From: a virus
IMG/VR virus record: IMGVR_UViG_3300026302_000104
Span: 1 to 44,107 of that record
Direction: 5' to 3' (one strand)
DNA length: 44,107 bases
This document shows positions 34,153 to 42,946 of this stretch, in pieces. Made by a program: the position numbers and the translations under genes. Numbering within the stretch: position 1 is the first letter of the stretch; every line of letters begins with the position of its first letter. Below the pieces are notes generated by a model. The model did not search any database and was not told where the DNA came from. It saw only the letters and a list, made by a program, of their open reading frames with translations.

Positions 34153-35472
34153 TTACGAAGCGGCAAGCTTCACGCGAACGAAGGCTTCGGCCAGCATCGG
34201 ACGAGCGTCGAATTCAGATCTTAGAATGAATCCTGTTTGGTTCTGTTCAGCGTACATTTCGTTCAATACTTTGATCTGCATGTTCATCGCATCGACAATA
34301 TATAGATAGCTGAAATCGCCAAGCATCCCGACGTAGGCGTTCGCGACGAAAGTATTCGGGCAGAAGCGCGATTCAATCACCGGGATATTCAAGACTTTAT
34401 CGGGCTCGCCGGCAATAACAGACGGTTGCCAGATGTAATGATCATTGGCGTCCTTCTCGAGGTCTAGCTTCAGAAGAGCGTCGGAGTTAAACAGCCAGCG
34501 AAGGCTAGGCGATACTCTATATTGAGGCTTAAGAGCCCATTTAGCATTTTTCAGTCCGTCAAAAGTGGCGGCCGCGGTAGTGTTACCGGTCGCGACGTCG
34601 CGGCTTGAAGGAATGCCGGCGGAGTGAGCGACGAAAAGACCGAGAGGTCCATTAACGCCGTTATGGGTCATCATGGCTTGTTCTTCGGTAGAGCCGAGCT
34701 TGTAGGATAGGCGGCTCATAACATAAGAAACAAAGTCGATCGTACTAGCTGCGATCAATTTATTTGAGATCTTGACGCGCTTCGCGAGCGGCTGAGTTTT
34801 CAAAACCCGCTTACCGAAGGTTAGATCGCTTTGCAAATTGCCGGTCGCGAGTTCGGAAGTGAAGTCAAAATCGTCCGCATCGTCGGTTAGTTCGATTTGT
34901 CCGAGATCTTGACCCAAGGCGACTTGAAACTTGCTCGCAACGCTCCGCAGCTGAACGAGATCGTCAACGTTTTTCATGATGCCGGCGATCATAGAGATCG
35001 GGGGCAAGAAGTAGCCACCGACGACGCCGAGATCGGCTTGCTGCGCGCGGGTTTCATGCATCTTAAGACCGACGACGCCGGTTCTCAGAAACTCCGCGAA
35101 TTCCTGCGCGCGGGTTTCGTCTGTAAATAGATCGGGCTTCTTCCGGACTACTTCGCGGACCGCGTGAGACAAGTATCGGAGCTCTTGCGCTTCTTTCTCC
35201 GACTTAGCGGGCACGGCTTCGACGCCCGGACGGATGGCTCGCTCTAAAACTTCTTTGGATTTGTCGACGTGCCTTTGCTCTTTGTCGAATTCGACTTCGT
35301 CTTTTGCCAGCTCTTTATATCGAGCCACTTCGTCTTTCGCGCGATTATAAGCAGTGAGCTCTTCGCCGGTAAAATCGCGATTTTCTTTCTTGGCGGTATC
35401 TAGAATAGATCTAGCTTCGTTAAGAGCTTTGATATATTTCTCTTGATAATGATTTGCTGTTTCTTGCGGCAT
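34153..35472 (-). CDS. HK97-family major capsid protein
   Basis: N-terminal delta domain; GGYFLP; KISNKLI; YIWQPS..GEP..LNIPV; GDFS; EAFV. Confidence 0.96.
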   Translation of the reverse strand: MPQETANHYQEKYIKALNEARSILDTAKKENRDFTGEELTAYNRAKDEVARYKELAKDEVEFDKEQRHVDKSKEVLERAIRPGVEAVPAKSEKEAQELRYLSHAVREVVRKKPDLFTDETRAQEFAEFLRTGVVGLKMHETRAQQADLGVVGGYFLPPISMIAGIMKNVDDLVQLRSVASKFQVALGQDLGQIELTDDADDFDFTSELATGNLQSDLTFGKRVLKTQPLAKRVKISNKLIAASTIDFVSYVMSRLSYKLGSTEEQAMMTHNGVNGPLGLFVAHSAGIPSSRDVATGNTTAAATFDGLKNAKWALKPQYRVSPSLRWLFNSDALLKLDLEKDANDHYIWQPSVIAGEPDKVLNIPVIESRFCPNTFVANAYVGMLGDFSYLYIVDAMNMQIKVLNEMYAEQNQTGFILRSEFDARPMLAEAFVRVKLAAS

Positions 35473-35516
35473 TTTTCATATCCCTTTTGTATATGCGCGC
35501 CGCAATCGTTGAGACT

Positions 35517-35571
35517 AAAAAAAACGCCAACGAGCGCGACGCTAAAATAAAGCGTCAAGCAAGTCGGCGTT
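35517..35571 (-). terminator. Intrinsic terminator-like structure in the capsid leader
   Basis: On - strand AACGCCGAC..GACGCT/AGCGTC..GTTGGCGTT running into T8. Confidence 0.65.
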
Positions 35572-35648
35572 AGCCCTTCGGGGTTTTGCTCTTGCGCCCG
35601 TCAAATCTCTCTACTCGGAGATCGAAAAGCCGGTTATCTTGAGATTCG

Positions 35649-35678
35649 ATAATATCCGGTAAGCGGAAATTATGTCAA
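35649..35678 (-). promoter_or_regulatory. Sigma70-type promoter upstream of capsid gene
   Basis: TTGACA-N18-TATTAT. Confidence 0.6.
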
Positions 35679-35679
35679 G

Positions 35680-36153
35680 CTACTTAACCGCTTCTTTCTG
35701 CAGCTTCAGGATCTTGATCAGTCTAGATACTTTCTCTTCCAGGCGAGCAAGCCGTTTGTTTATTTCGACTTCGCTGGTCGAGAAGTAATTGCAATCAGCT
35801 TTGCATCTCGCTTCTAGTTTCTTCAAGCGCTCTGCGATATCGTCGACATACTGATTTAAGGTATTACCGTTAAAACCTACTTCCAAAGCATAGATCCGAT
35901 CTCTTAGACCGTCTATAAATTTAGATTGTTTGCTCAGCTCGTTATCTAAGCGAGAGTTTTCTTGTAGATCGGCTATCACTTTCGCTTGCTCGCTAAGCTC
36001 TTTCGCTAAACCTGCGAGCGAAGGATCGATCACACCATCGCGCTGGTACTGCTTAAACTCAGGCGCGGGCGGAGTGCTTACCTCGTCGGCGAATGCCGGC
36101 GAAAAACACAAGCCAAAGAAGAGAGCTACAAGCGCGATTAGTTTTTTGATCAT
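35680..36153 (-). CDS. Secreted coiled-coil protein
   Basis: Signal peptide MIKKLIALVALFFGLCFSPAFA; heptad repeats; RBS GGAG. Confidence 0.75.
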   Translation of the reverse strand: MIKKLIALVALFFGLCFSPAFADEVSTPPAPEFKQYQRDGVIDPSLAGLAKELSEQAKVIADLQENSRLDNELSKQSKFIDGLRDRIYALEVGFNGNTLNQYVDDIAERLKKLEARCKADCNYFSTSEVEINKRLARLEEKVSRLIKILKLQKEAVK

Positions 36154-36184
36154 TTCGTTTACTCCGTTTTTTTGGGTTGCGAGC

Positions 36185-36940
36185 TCAGTCTTCTAAAGTG
36201 AGGAGCTCTAGTTCTCGTTCTATTAGCAAAAGCTGATTAAAAGCCGGCGCCGGCGCTTCTTCGATTACGCGATCCTTTCTAAAGATCTTTCTCAATTGCT
36301 CGATCAGTCGCTCGGCTTCTTCCTCGTCGCCTTCTTTTAGTCGATCCGTTTTCGCTCTACAAATCAAGCGTCCGATCTTCTTGAGCTCGTCGAGCTCCGA
36401 ATCCTGAAGCAGATTTCTAGCCGAGATATCGGTTTGCGGGTAAGCCGGGAAGGTCACGGGCGAGACGTCGACGAGCTGCACGTCGAGAATCTCGCGAAGA
36501 TCCATCTCGTCTTTACTCTCGGTCCATTGCTGCTTGCGAATAAAAAAGCCGATCGACATCCCGTCGACGTCGCCGCGGCGAACCTTCTCGACTATGTCAC
36601 GTCCGTCGGTAGTGTCAGAAGGATCGATCTCGGAATAAAGCCCGATCGTATCTTCGGAAAGCCTGAGCGTCTTGTTTTTAGTCCGCGCGATGACCTTGGT
36701 CGCCAAGTGATCGACGAGTGCTCGAACGTCGGCACCGCCGGCGATGTCTTGCGCGAAAGCGCCCGGCAAAATCTTTTCCCTGTAGTCATACCACCAATCC
36801 TGGATTACAGTTTCTTGATTGAAAACCGCCCCATGACCGGCGAGCATTTGAAGACCTGAGCCCTCCGCCCTGGTCTCTAGCTTGATAACGCCGTGATTTG
36901 TCCGGCGTTGAAGCGCTTTCGCGTGTTGCTCTTTGTCCAT
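36185..36940 (-). CDS. HK97-type prohead protease
   Basis: GHGAVFN, EKILPGAF, LVDH, GMSIGF, DVSPVTFPAYPQT; start re-called at ATG 36940. Confidence 0.95.
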   Translation of the reverse strand: MDKEQHAKALQRRTNHGVIKLETRAEGSGLQMLAGHGAVFNQETVIQDWWYDYREKILPGAFAQDIAGGADVRALVDHLATKVIARTKNKTLRLSEDTIGLYSEIDPSDTTDGRDIVEKVRRGDVDGMSIGFFIRKQQWTESKDEMDLREILDVQLVDVSPVTFPAYPQTDISARNLLQDSELDELKKIGRLICRAKTDRLKEGDEEEAERLIEQLRKIFRKDRVIEEAPAPAFNQLLLIERELELLTLED

Positions 36941-36950
36941 TTTCAGATCC

Positions 36951-37328
36951 TCAAATATTATTGATTGCGCCAACCAAATTTAACGCCGGAGTTACCCAAC
37001 CGACCGCAATTTTTCGAGCCGCGCGGGCTATTGCTGAAACTTTCGGATGCCTATTACTGAAGTTATCTAGATATTTCGCAGGCACCGAAGAGCGCTTAAC
37101 TATATGCTCTTTGCCCGCTTCGTCAAAATAGACATAAGCCGGCTCCGCGAACACCTTTACTTTCTCTTCTTTCTTAGCTTCTTGATTCTTATTTTCCGCC
37201 GGCGGAGCGGAATCGCCGCTAGTGGCAGATGATCCGGCGACTATTGGCGGCTTTAACTGCAGATCGGAAGCCACCGCGGGCGATACCAAGCAAATAAAGC
37301 AAACAAGGAACGAAAAAATCAAGCGCAT
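36951..37328 (-). CDS. Secreted protein between portal and protease
   Basis: RBS AAGGAGG; signal peptide MRLIFSFLVCFICLVSPAVA; FSNRHPKV then amphipathic helix. Confidence 0.75.
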   Translation of the reverse strand: MRLIFSFLVCFICLVSPAVASDLQLKPPIVAGSSATSGDSAPPAENKNQEAKKEEKVKVFAEPAYVYFDEAGKEHIVKRSSVPAKYLDNFSNRHPKVSAIARAARKIAVGWVTPALNLVGAINNI

Positions 37329-39091
37329 ATACGTAAAGCCTCCTTGGCATAAGAATCTAGGTCGTCGATCACGGCGTTGGCGATTTCCTTAGCTCGATCG
37401 CTGCGCCAAGTGGCGATCGTGCGAGATATAGCTAGATATGCGACTTCCGGGCTTGAAAAATCGTGCAAAACTAGAGCGTTTTCGCCGTCTAGAAGGGCAT
37501 TTTTAGCCACATTTTTAGCCTTTTCTCGGATCTCTTCCTGCCTTCTGACGTCGTTTTCTGCGACCATGTAGCCAAAAGAGACGGCTAAAGTATCAATATT
37601 TGACAAGACTTCCGCCTCGAATTCGTCGTAAAAAGCGGCTATTTTAGCCCTGAATTGCTCCGGTGAGCCCTTCAGAGAGGCTGATTTTAAGGCGTTTTCT
37701 GCCGCTTTTGCCTCTTTTCTGACTATCCGATTGCACGCATCAACTAAAGTCACCATGAAAGCCTGACGGTAAGCCGGTCTAAATAGGTCGTTTTCACTTC
37801 TAGATCTAGGAGTGCTTTGTTCTGCCGGCGCGAGCGGCTTCGAGCTCGGCGTCACCTCGTCGATCTTGCGAGCGTCAATATAGTTTTGCGGAAGAAGATA
37901 GATTTGACCCTGATTCTCCGGAAGCGGATCGAGATCCTCGAGCTCGCGGACGTCGTCCGCCGACATCCATCCCCACATGCGGCCGATCGCGTAGGCTTCG
38001 GATCTGGTTTTGATATCGCCGCGCAAAAGCGAATTGAAATTATACCGGAGCTCGACCGACTCTCTTTCTTTCTCGGTCAAAAGATCTCTTTCACAAGTTA
38101 GCTCGAAGCGGCGAGCATGTCCCATCAATGTAAAAACAACGAATTCTAAATTTTGGTGCTCAATGTTCGAGAAAGTCGCTTTGTCTAGAAGTCCTACTTT
38201 ATGGCCGGGAACGCGCAAACCGCGGGCGATATCTTCGATTTGAAATTTTCTAGATTCGATCAGCTGCGATTCTTCAGCTGTAAAGCCCATCTTTTGCCAG
38301 TCCATACCCTCTTCGAGGATGGCGACTTTGCCGAGATTTTCGATCCCTTGATACTTGTCCGCGAATTCCTTCTTGAGCCGCTCATAAGCGGCATCCTTCA
38401 GTTTGCCCGGATGCTTCAGAACACCGGAGGGCCGCGCGCCGTTCGCGTAAAGCTTGGAAGCATATCTTTCGGTTGCAATCGTCAAGCCGATCGCATTAGC
38501 GGCCCGTCTGATAAAGCCGACTCCGCTCACGCCCTCCGAATCTAGCACGTTGCGCAAGTGCAACACGTTCTCTTTCTGAAGAGTCCATTCGTCGCCGTTT
38601 GCGTCCATATAGATATAGACAAGCTTCTCGCTTCTTCTTTCTATTTTCATGCGATCCGGATGAAGCGGCCACACTTGAGCCGCCCTTCCTGACCTGTCTC
38701 TTAAAATTTGTCCGTAAGCGTTACCCCTTAAAATGTAGTGCCCTAGGAGCATTTCGCGGCCTTCCATCGAATGCTGCTCATCATTAAAAACCTGATTCAG
38801 AATTCGCCAAACCGGATGGCTTCTAAGTCTGGTTCGATTCCTTCCGTCTACTTCCATCACCGGGATCGGCATATGCGAAAGCGGTTCTACGATCGTCGTT
38901 ATCGCCGCATATAGGCCCATTGTCTTTAGTGCCACTTCCGGCGATACCGCGACCGAAGCGTCGGAAGTCTGCGACGCGGCGACAAGCTGAATGAATTCTT
39001 GGCTTGGATTTGCTAGAGAATACTTAGAAGAGCGGCCGATAAACTCGATCGGCTCAGTCCATCTCTTTCTTAGATTGGCTATCAGTCCCAT
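37319..39091 (-). CDS. HK97-family portal protein with C-terminal extension
   Basis: GNAY, LHPDRM, NGARPSGVL, ILEEGM, TFSNIEHQ, LLRGD; start re-called at ATG 39091. Confidence 0.96.
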   Translation of the reverse strand: MGLIANLRKRWTEPIEFIGRSSKYSLANPSQEFIQLVAASQTSDASVAVSPEVALKTMGLYAAITTIVEPLSHMPIPVMEVDGRNRTRLRSHPVWRILNQVFNDEQHSMEGREMLLGHYILRGNAYGQILRDRSGRAAQVWPLHPDRMKIERRSEKLVYIYMDANGDEWTLQKENVLHLRNVLDSEGVSGVGFIRRAANAIGLTIATERYASKLYANGARPSGVLKHPGKLKDAAYERLKKEFADKYQGIENLGKVAILEEGMDWQKMGFTAEESQLIESRKFQIEDIARGLRVPGHKVGLLDKATFSNIEHQNLEFVVFTLMGHARRFELTCERDLLTEKERESVELRYNFNSLLRGDIKTRSEAYAIGRMWGWMSADDVRELEDLDPLPENQGQIYLLPQNYIDARKIDEVTPSSKPLAPAEQSTPRSRSENDLFRPAYRQAFMVTLVDACNRIVRKEAKAAENALKSASLKGSPEQFRAKIAAFYDEFEAEVLSNIDTLAVSFGYMVAENDVRRQEEIREKAKNVAKNALLDGENALVLHDFSSPEVAYLAISRTIATWRSDRAKEIANAVIDDLDSYAKEALRICA

Positions 39092-39248
39092 TCTCGCCCC
39101 CTTTGTGAGCCTCAAAGAATATCGAGGCAAGAATTAAAACGACACCTAAACAGATAAGCCCCGCCGGCAAGCTGAGCAAGAAACTTCCGACGAGCAAACT
39201 AACAGCTCCCAGAAAACAAACGACATCCCGCAAATCGAGCGAAATCAT
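39054..39248 (-). CDS. Small two-TM protein between TerL and portal
   Basis: Highly hydrophobic; common at this position in HK97-like phages. Confidence 0.7.
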   Translation of the reverse strand: MISLDLRDVVCFLGAVSLLVGSFLLSLPAGLICLGVVLILASIFFEAHKGGENGTDSQSKKEMD

Positions 39249-40909
39249 ATAATCTTTAGATCCCCTTCGTCATATACACTTGATAGATCTTCGGTACTGG
39301 CAAGACAGCGGCCCGACGCCATTATAAGCGATACCGGTCCATCTATTCTATTTCTAGATTTCCGTTTATCGGGTTTTATGTTGTCCGCTTCGTCAGTCTT
39401 GATAACGACCGAGCTCATCATCCAATTCATAAGCGGATTATTTGGGTGAAGAAAGCGCGCTTGCATGATCAACGCCTCGAGATCCTTCATCGCCGGCGAC
39501 ATATCTCTATAGCCCTGACCGAATTCGACCGGCTCTATGTCCCGCTTTTGGAGAGCTGACGAAATAGCGGTCGAGCCCCATCGATCAAGGACCGTCTCGA
39601 CGACGTCAAACTTATCATGCCAGTCTAGGATCTCGTTGAAAACGACCTGATAATCGACGACGTTACCTTCCGTGAGCTCTAGAAAGCCTTGCTCGGCCCA
39701 TTGCAAATAAGGAACGCGGTCCTGGGCCGCGCGCTCTTCCGCTCGATCTTCCGGCATCCAGAATTTATGAATCGACTTCAGTCCGTTTATTTCTTCGTCG
39801 AAGAAAACCGCGGTCATCGCAGTTATATCTATCCGCTTTGATAAGTCCAAACCGATCCAGCATTTTTGACCTAACAGGCTCTCCAGGCTGTAATCGCCCG
39901 CGCGCTTAGCCCAAAGATCCCAAGGCAACCAAGATTGGCCTTCGCCCGTCCAGATGTTCAAATGTAATCGCTTGAAAGTGTTTAAGAAGCTTGGCTTCGC
40001 CTTGGCTTCATTGCATCTTTTCTGTAGATATTCGATCTTTACTGACGTTCCTAGTCCCGGATTAGCTTTCGCCCAAACTTCCGGACTTGTCCAGTCGTCA
40101 TCGGCTTCCGCCGCGTAAATCTTACCGAAGAACGTATCATCGCGGATAATACCGTCGCGAACCTTGATCGCGTAGTCGTGAACCTCATAACATATTGATT
40201 CTAAGCTGGTTCCGGCAGTCGTGATATAAACTTCTAGCGGTTGCCGGCGAGCTCCGACCGAAGTCCTTAACACGTCGTAGAGATCCCTGGTCGGCTGAGC
40301 GTGAAGCTCGTCGAAAATAATCCCGTGAGCGTTCAAGCCGTCTTTTGTGAAAGCTTCCGCGGAGAGGACTTCATAAACGGAATCCGTCTTCTCGACGACG
40401 ATCGTTTGCTTGAACGGCTTTGCGCGCCGAGAAAGCGCCGGATCTTTCTTGACCATCTGCTTAGCTGTATTGAAAACTAAGCCAGCTTGCCGGCGATCGG
40501 TCGCGGCCGAGTAGACCTCGGCGCCTGGCTCTTTGTCGCAAAGCAAAAGAAAAAGCCCGATCACGGACGCGATCAAGCTCTTACCATTTTTTCTAGGGAC
40601 TTCGAGGTATAGCGTCGAGAAGCGGCGATTTCCGTCGCTCTTCCGCTTCCATCCAAACACGGTTCGGAGGATCTCGACTTCCCATTGATCGAGCTCTACC
40701 GGACGCCCGGCCCATTCGCCTTTGATATGCCGGCAGTATTTACTAGCAAAGTCGATTATCAGCTGAGCGGCGTCTTCGTCCCAGTAGTAGAGATCGAAAT
40801 AACACTCACTCGGCGCTAAGCACTGTAGACGAGGCACCGCCGGCAGTTTCTTAGGTCGCCCGCCTTTGTTGGCGGACTTATCCGAAGAAGCGCTCTTCTT
40901 CTTTGGCAT
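39245..40909 (-). CDS. terL: Terminase large subunit
   Basis: Walker A PRKNGKS, Walker B IIFDELH, ITTAG, GLDLS, RIDG. Confidence 0.97.
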   Translation of the reverse strand: MPKKKSASSDKSANKGGRPKKLPAVPRLQCLAPSECYFDLYYWDEDAAQLIIDFASKYCRHIKGEWAGRPVELDQWEVEILRTVFGWKRKSDGNRRFSTLYLEVPRKNGKSLIASVIGLFLLLCDKEPGAEVYSAATDRRQAGLVFNTAKQMVKKDPALSRRAKPFKQTIVVEKTDSVYEVLSAEAFTKDGLNAHGIIFDELHAQPTRDLYDVLRTSVGARRQPLEVYITTAGTSLESICYEVHDYAIKVRDGIIRDDTFFGKIYAAEADDDWTSPEVWAKANPGLGTSVKIEYLQKRCNEAKAKPSFLNTFKRLHLNIWTGEGQSWLPWDLWAKRAGDYSLESLLGQKCWIGLDLSKRIDITAMTAVFFDEEINGLKSIHKFWMPEDRAEERAAQDRVPYLQWAEQGFLELTEGNVVDYQVVFNEILDWHDKFDVVETVLDRWGSTAISSALQKRDIEPVEFGQGYRDMSPAMKDLEALIMQARFLHPNNPLMNWMMSSVVIKTDEADNIKPDKRKSRNRIDGPVSLIMASGRCLASTEDLSSVYDEGDLKII

Positions 40910-41357
40910 TCAGATCACCGGACGACGGCCCGTTAATCCTGGTTCGGCTAGCCGGTGATAGCCCGAATTCATTACAAAAGCCACGATACTGCTCGTAAGC
41001 TTGTTTGGCCATACTCACCTCCGGCGATTGTTGTCGGTAGATAGAACCGCCCTCGCGAATAATTTCCTGAATTCGCCCGTGCTCCTCGAGGGCTTCGTGA
41101 GCGAGCCGCCATTCCGCATAAGCGGTACAGCCCATCTCTAAAAGCCCCGTATCAAGCAAGCTGAGCAGTCCGAGCCGCTCGAGCTCCGGGACGTATTGAA
41201 TCCAAAGCTCTTTAGCGTATCTATGCAAATGCTCAGGCGGTCGCTTCTTGCGCGGAGCAGAAGGCTTCGGCTCGTCCGGATTCAGCTTTCGCTTGCCTGG
41301 ATTGCCTTGTAGGATTTTTAGAGCCGTAGGCTTCGGCGGTCTTCCTCTGGGCGGCAT
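40878..41357 (-). CDS. terS: Terminase small subunit (P27-like)
   Basis: GRPPKPTALKILQGNPGKR..FGLSPASR. Confidence 0.95.
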   Translation of the reverse strand: MPPRGRPPKPTALKILQGNPGKRKLNPDEPKPSAPRKKRPPEHLHRYAKELWIQYVPELERLGLLSLLDTGLLEMGCTAYAEWRLAHEALEEHGRIQEIIREGGSIYRQQSPEVSMAKQAYEQYRGFCNEFGLSPASRTRINGPSSGDLNAKEEERFFG

Positions 41358-41499
41358 TAAACTTGTCTAACCTCTATTGACGAGTTGCTTGAAACGTGGT
41401 AGCGGCTTGCTTGAAAATGGGATAAAAAAAACCCGAAAGGCTCGCCTTATGGGCTTTGCAGGCGATCGGGATCGCTCGATTTTTGCCCTAAATCCCCGA

Positions 41500-41710
41500 A
41501 ACCAGCGCCCCGTGGGCGTTTCGAATTACGGACCCCGGGGTCCGATTTTCGCGAAAATAAGTTCGAGGTCCACCGCGCGATCCAGTGGATGAGGGTCTAG
41601 ATTTTTCGACCCCCTTGGCTACTTTTATTAGAACGGGTTAAGAAAACTATGATTTTCTTAAAGAAAGTTAATAGAAGTGCCAATTATTAACAGAATTTAA
41701 TTAAAAACCT
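41500..41710. other. Probable cos packaging region
   Basis: Non-coding gap between HNH and terS; adjacent palindromes CGGACCCCGGGGTCCG (41529-41544) and ATTTTCGCGAAAAT (41545-41558); AT-rich flank. Confidence 0.6.
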
Positions 41711-41790
41711 CTCATAATTGACTGTTTTGACCCGGAAAATGAAGGCTCTTGAAGAGCTTCTCGAATAGTACCCCAGAAGCCGCTAAAAGG

Positions 41791-42162
41791 CTAGCGAATC
41801 CTGCCAGGATAAGTCTTCTTAGTGAATCGACCATTTTCCTTTGCCGTCTTCTTGCTATGACAGCTCTTGCATAATCCCTGACAGTTATCGGGATCGAGCG
41901 CTTCGCCGCCATCTGAAAGGGCGATTATGTGATCGGCTTCTTTCGAAGCAACCTTCCTGCAAGCCTTACATATAGGATCGCGAGCGAGGATAAACTCTCT
42001 TAGGTTCTGCCAAGCAATAGTCTTGTAGAACGGATTAGGTGGCGTCGTTCGTTGCGACTGCTCACGCTTGCGAGCTGCCTCTATGTGGTCCGGGCAATAG
42101 GGACCATAGGAGGCGTTCTTGCAAAAGACCCATCGACAAAGGCGTTTAGCTTGCTTCGGCAC
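41791..42162 (-). CDS. HNH endonuclease (HK97 gp74-like terminase cofactor)
   Basis: CKAC..DHII..GG..N.QGLCKSCHSKKT; adjacent to terS. Confidence 0.93.
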   Translation of the reverse strand: MPKQAKRLCRWVFCKNASYGPYCPDHIEAARKREQSQRTTPPNPFYKTIAWQNLREFILARDPICKACRKVASKEADHIIALSDGGEALDPDNCQGLCKSCHSKKTAKENGRFTKKTYPGRIR

Positions 42163-42442
42163 TTGGCGTTACCACTATGTTGACATCACAATACAGATCG
42201 ACTCTCTCGGTCTGGATTCGACCAGTCTTGAAATTTTGAAAACTGGTTTCCAGAACGACACCGGATTCCAAGGCTGTAAGAGTAGCCTCGAGATAACCAT
42301 CATCAAGCTTCCATGCTGCTTTCACCGAAGCGAAACCATGAAACCTTGGATCTTCGATTCGAAGAGCATTCGATAAAGATCGCAGTTCTCCGAGAAGAGC
42401 CTCGGCCAACCTTTGATGTTCGTTTAATATACCTTCTGCCAT
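42146..42442 (-). CDS. Hypothetical protein
   Basis: RBS GGAG before ATG 42442. Confidence 0.6.
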   Translation of the reverse strand: MAEGILNEHQRLAEALLGELRSLSNALRIEDPRFHGFASVKAAWKLDDGYLEATLTALESGVVLETSFQNFKTGRIQTERVDLYCDVNIVVTPSAEAS

Positions 42443-42530
42443 TACTATCACTCCGTTTGATATCACCGGCGGTACCAATAAACAGTCAACGATAATCGAG
42501 ATTTATTTTGATGTAAATCCTTGGCATGGT

Positions 42531-42694
42531 TTATGAGTCGGTTCTCATGTCAGAAATGTCGATTTAATGTGTTTTTTGCAGCGTTTCTCTAATAGCGATC
42601 GATTACTACCGATCTTCGTAATCAAAAATCTTCCATAGCCGTAATAAGAAACAAACATTAAATCGACATTACCAACATTAGAACAGGCTCATAA
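42531..42694. repeat. Long imperfect inverted repeat
   Basis: 40-nt arms 42531-42570 and 42655-42694 with a perfect 16-bp core AATGTCGATTTAATGT/ACATTAAATCGACATT. Confidence 0.9.
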
Positions 42695-42898
42695 TATATT
42701 CAGCCTTAATCTATGGTCTCGCCGTCTTATCTCTACTGGATATAATCGACCTGGAACGGGCTTTAGTAAAAGCTCTCTTTGAATTGTTAAGCAAGCCAAC
42801 CGGCCGGGCGCGTGATAGATTCCGTTCTGAGAGCAATTAGCCCAACTATTCAGGCTTTGAGGTCTACGACTCGCAGTAATAGAAGGTCTCAGAAATCG

Positions 42899-42936
42899 CC
42901 TCTTGACCTGAGAAAACGACGTTTCGCGTCAAGAGG
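42899..42936. other. Inverted repeat just downstream of integrase stop
   Basis: CCTCTTGAC / GTCAAGAGG. Confidence 0.55.
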
Positions 42937-42946
42937 AAACTAAAGA

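Noticed and set aside
35560..35600. c-di-GMP-I riboswitch resemblance (GCAAAACC..GAA..GG)
   Set aside because: Lacks the GNRA/receptor and second stem consensus; kept only as a generic attenuator
19500..39000. Many 60-160 aa + strand ORFs opposite the structural genes
   Set aside because: Antisense shadows of GC-balanced coding sequence, with no RBS or recognisable motifs
41377..41912. ORFs 41377-41592 (+) and 41712-41912 (-)
   Set aside because: One is antisense across the cos region and the other mostly overlaps HNH out of frame; no RBS or motifs
42461..42489. Lambda operator/PR look-alike (TATCACCGGCGGT with TTGACT upstream on the - strand)
   Set aside because: Single copy, second half-site broken, 19-bp spacing and no lambda CI homologue; probably chance, though a weak late promoter here is not excluded
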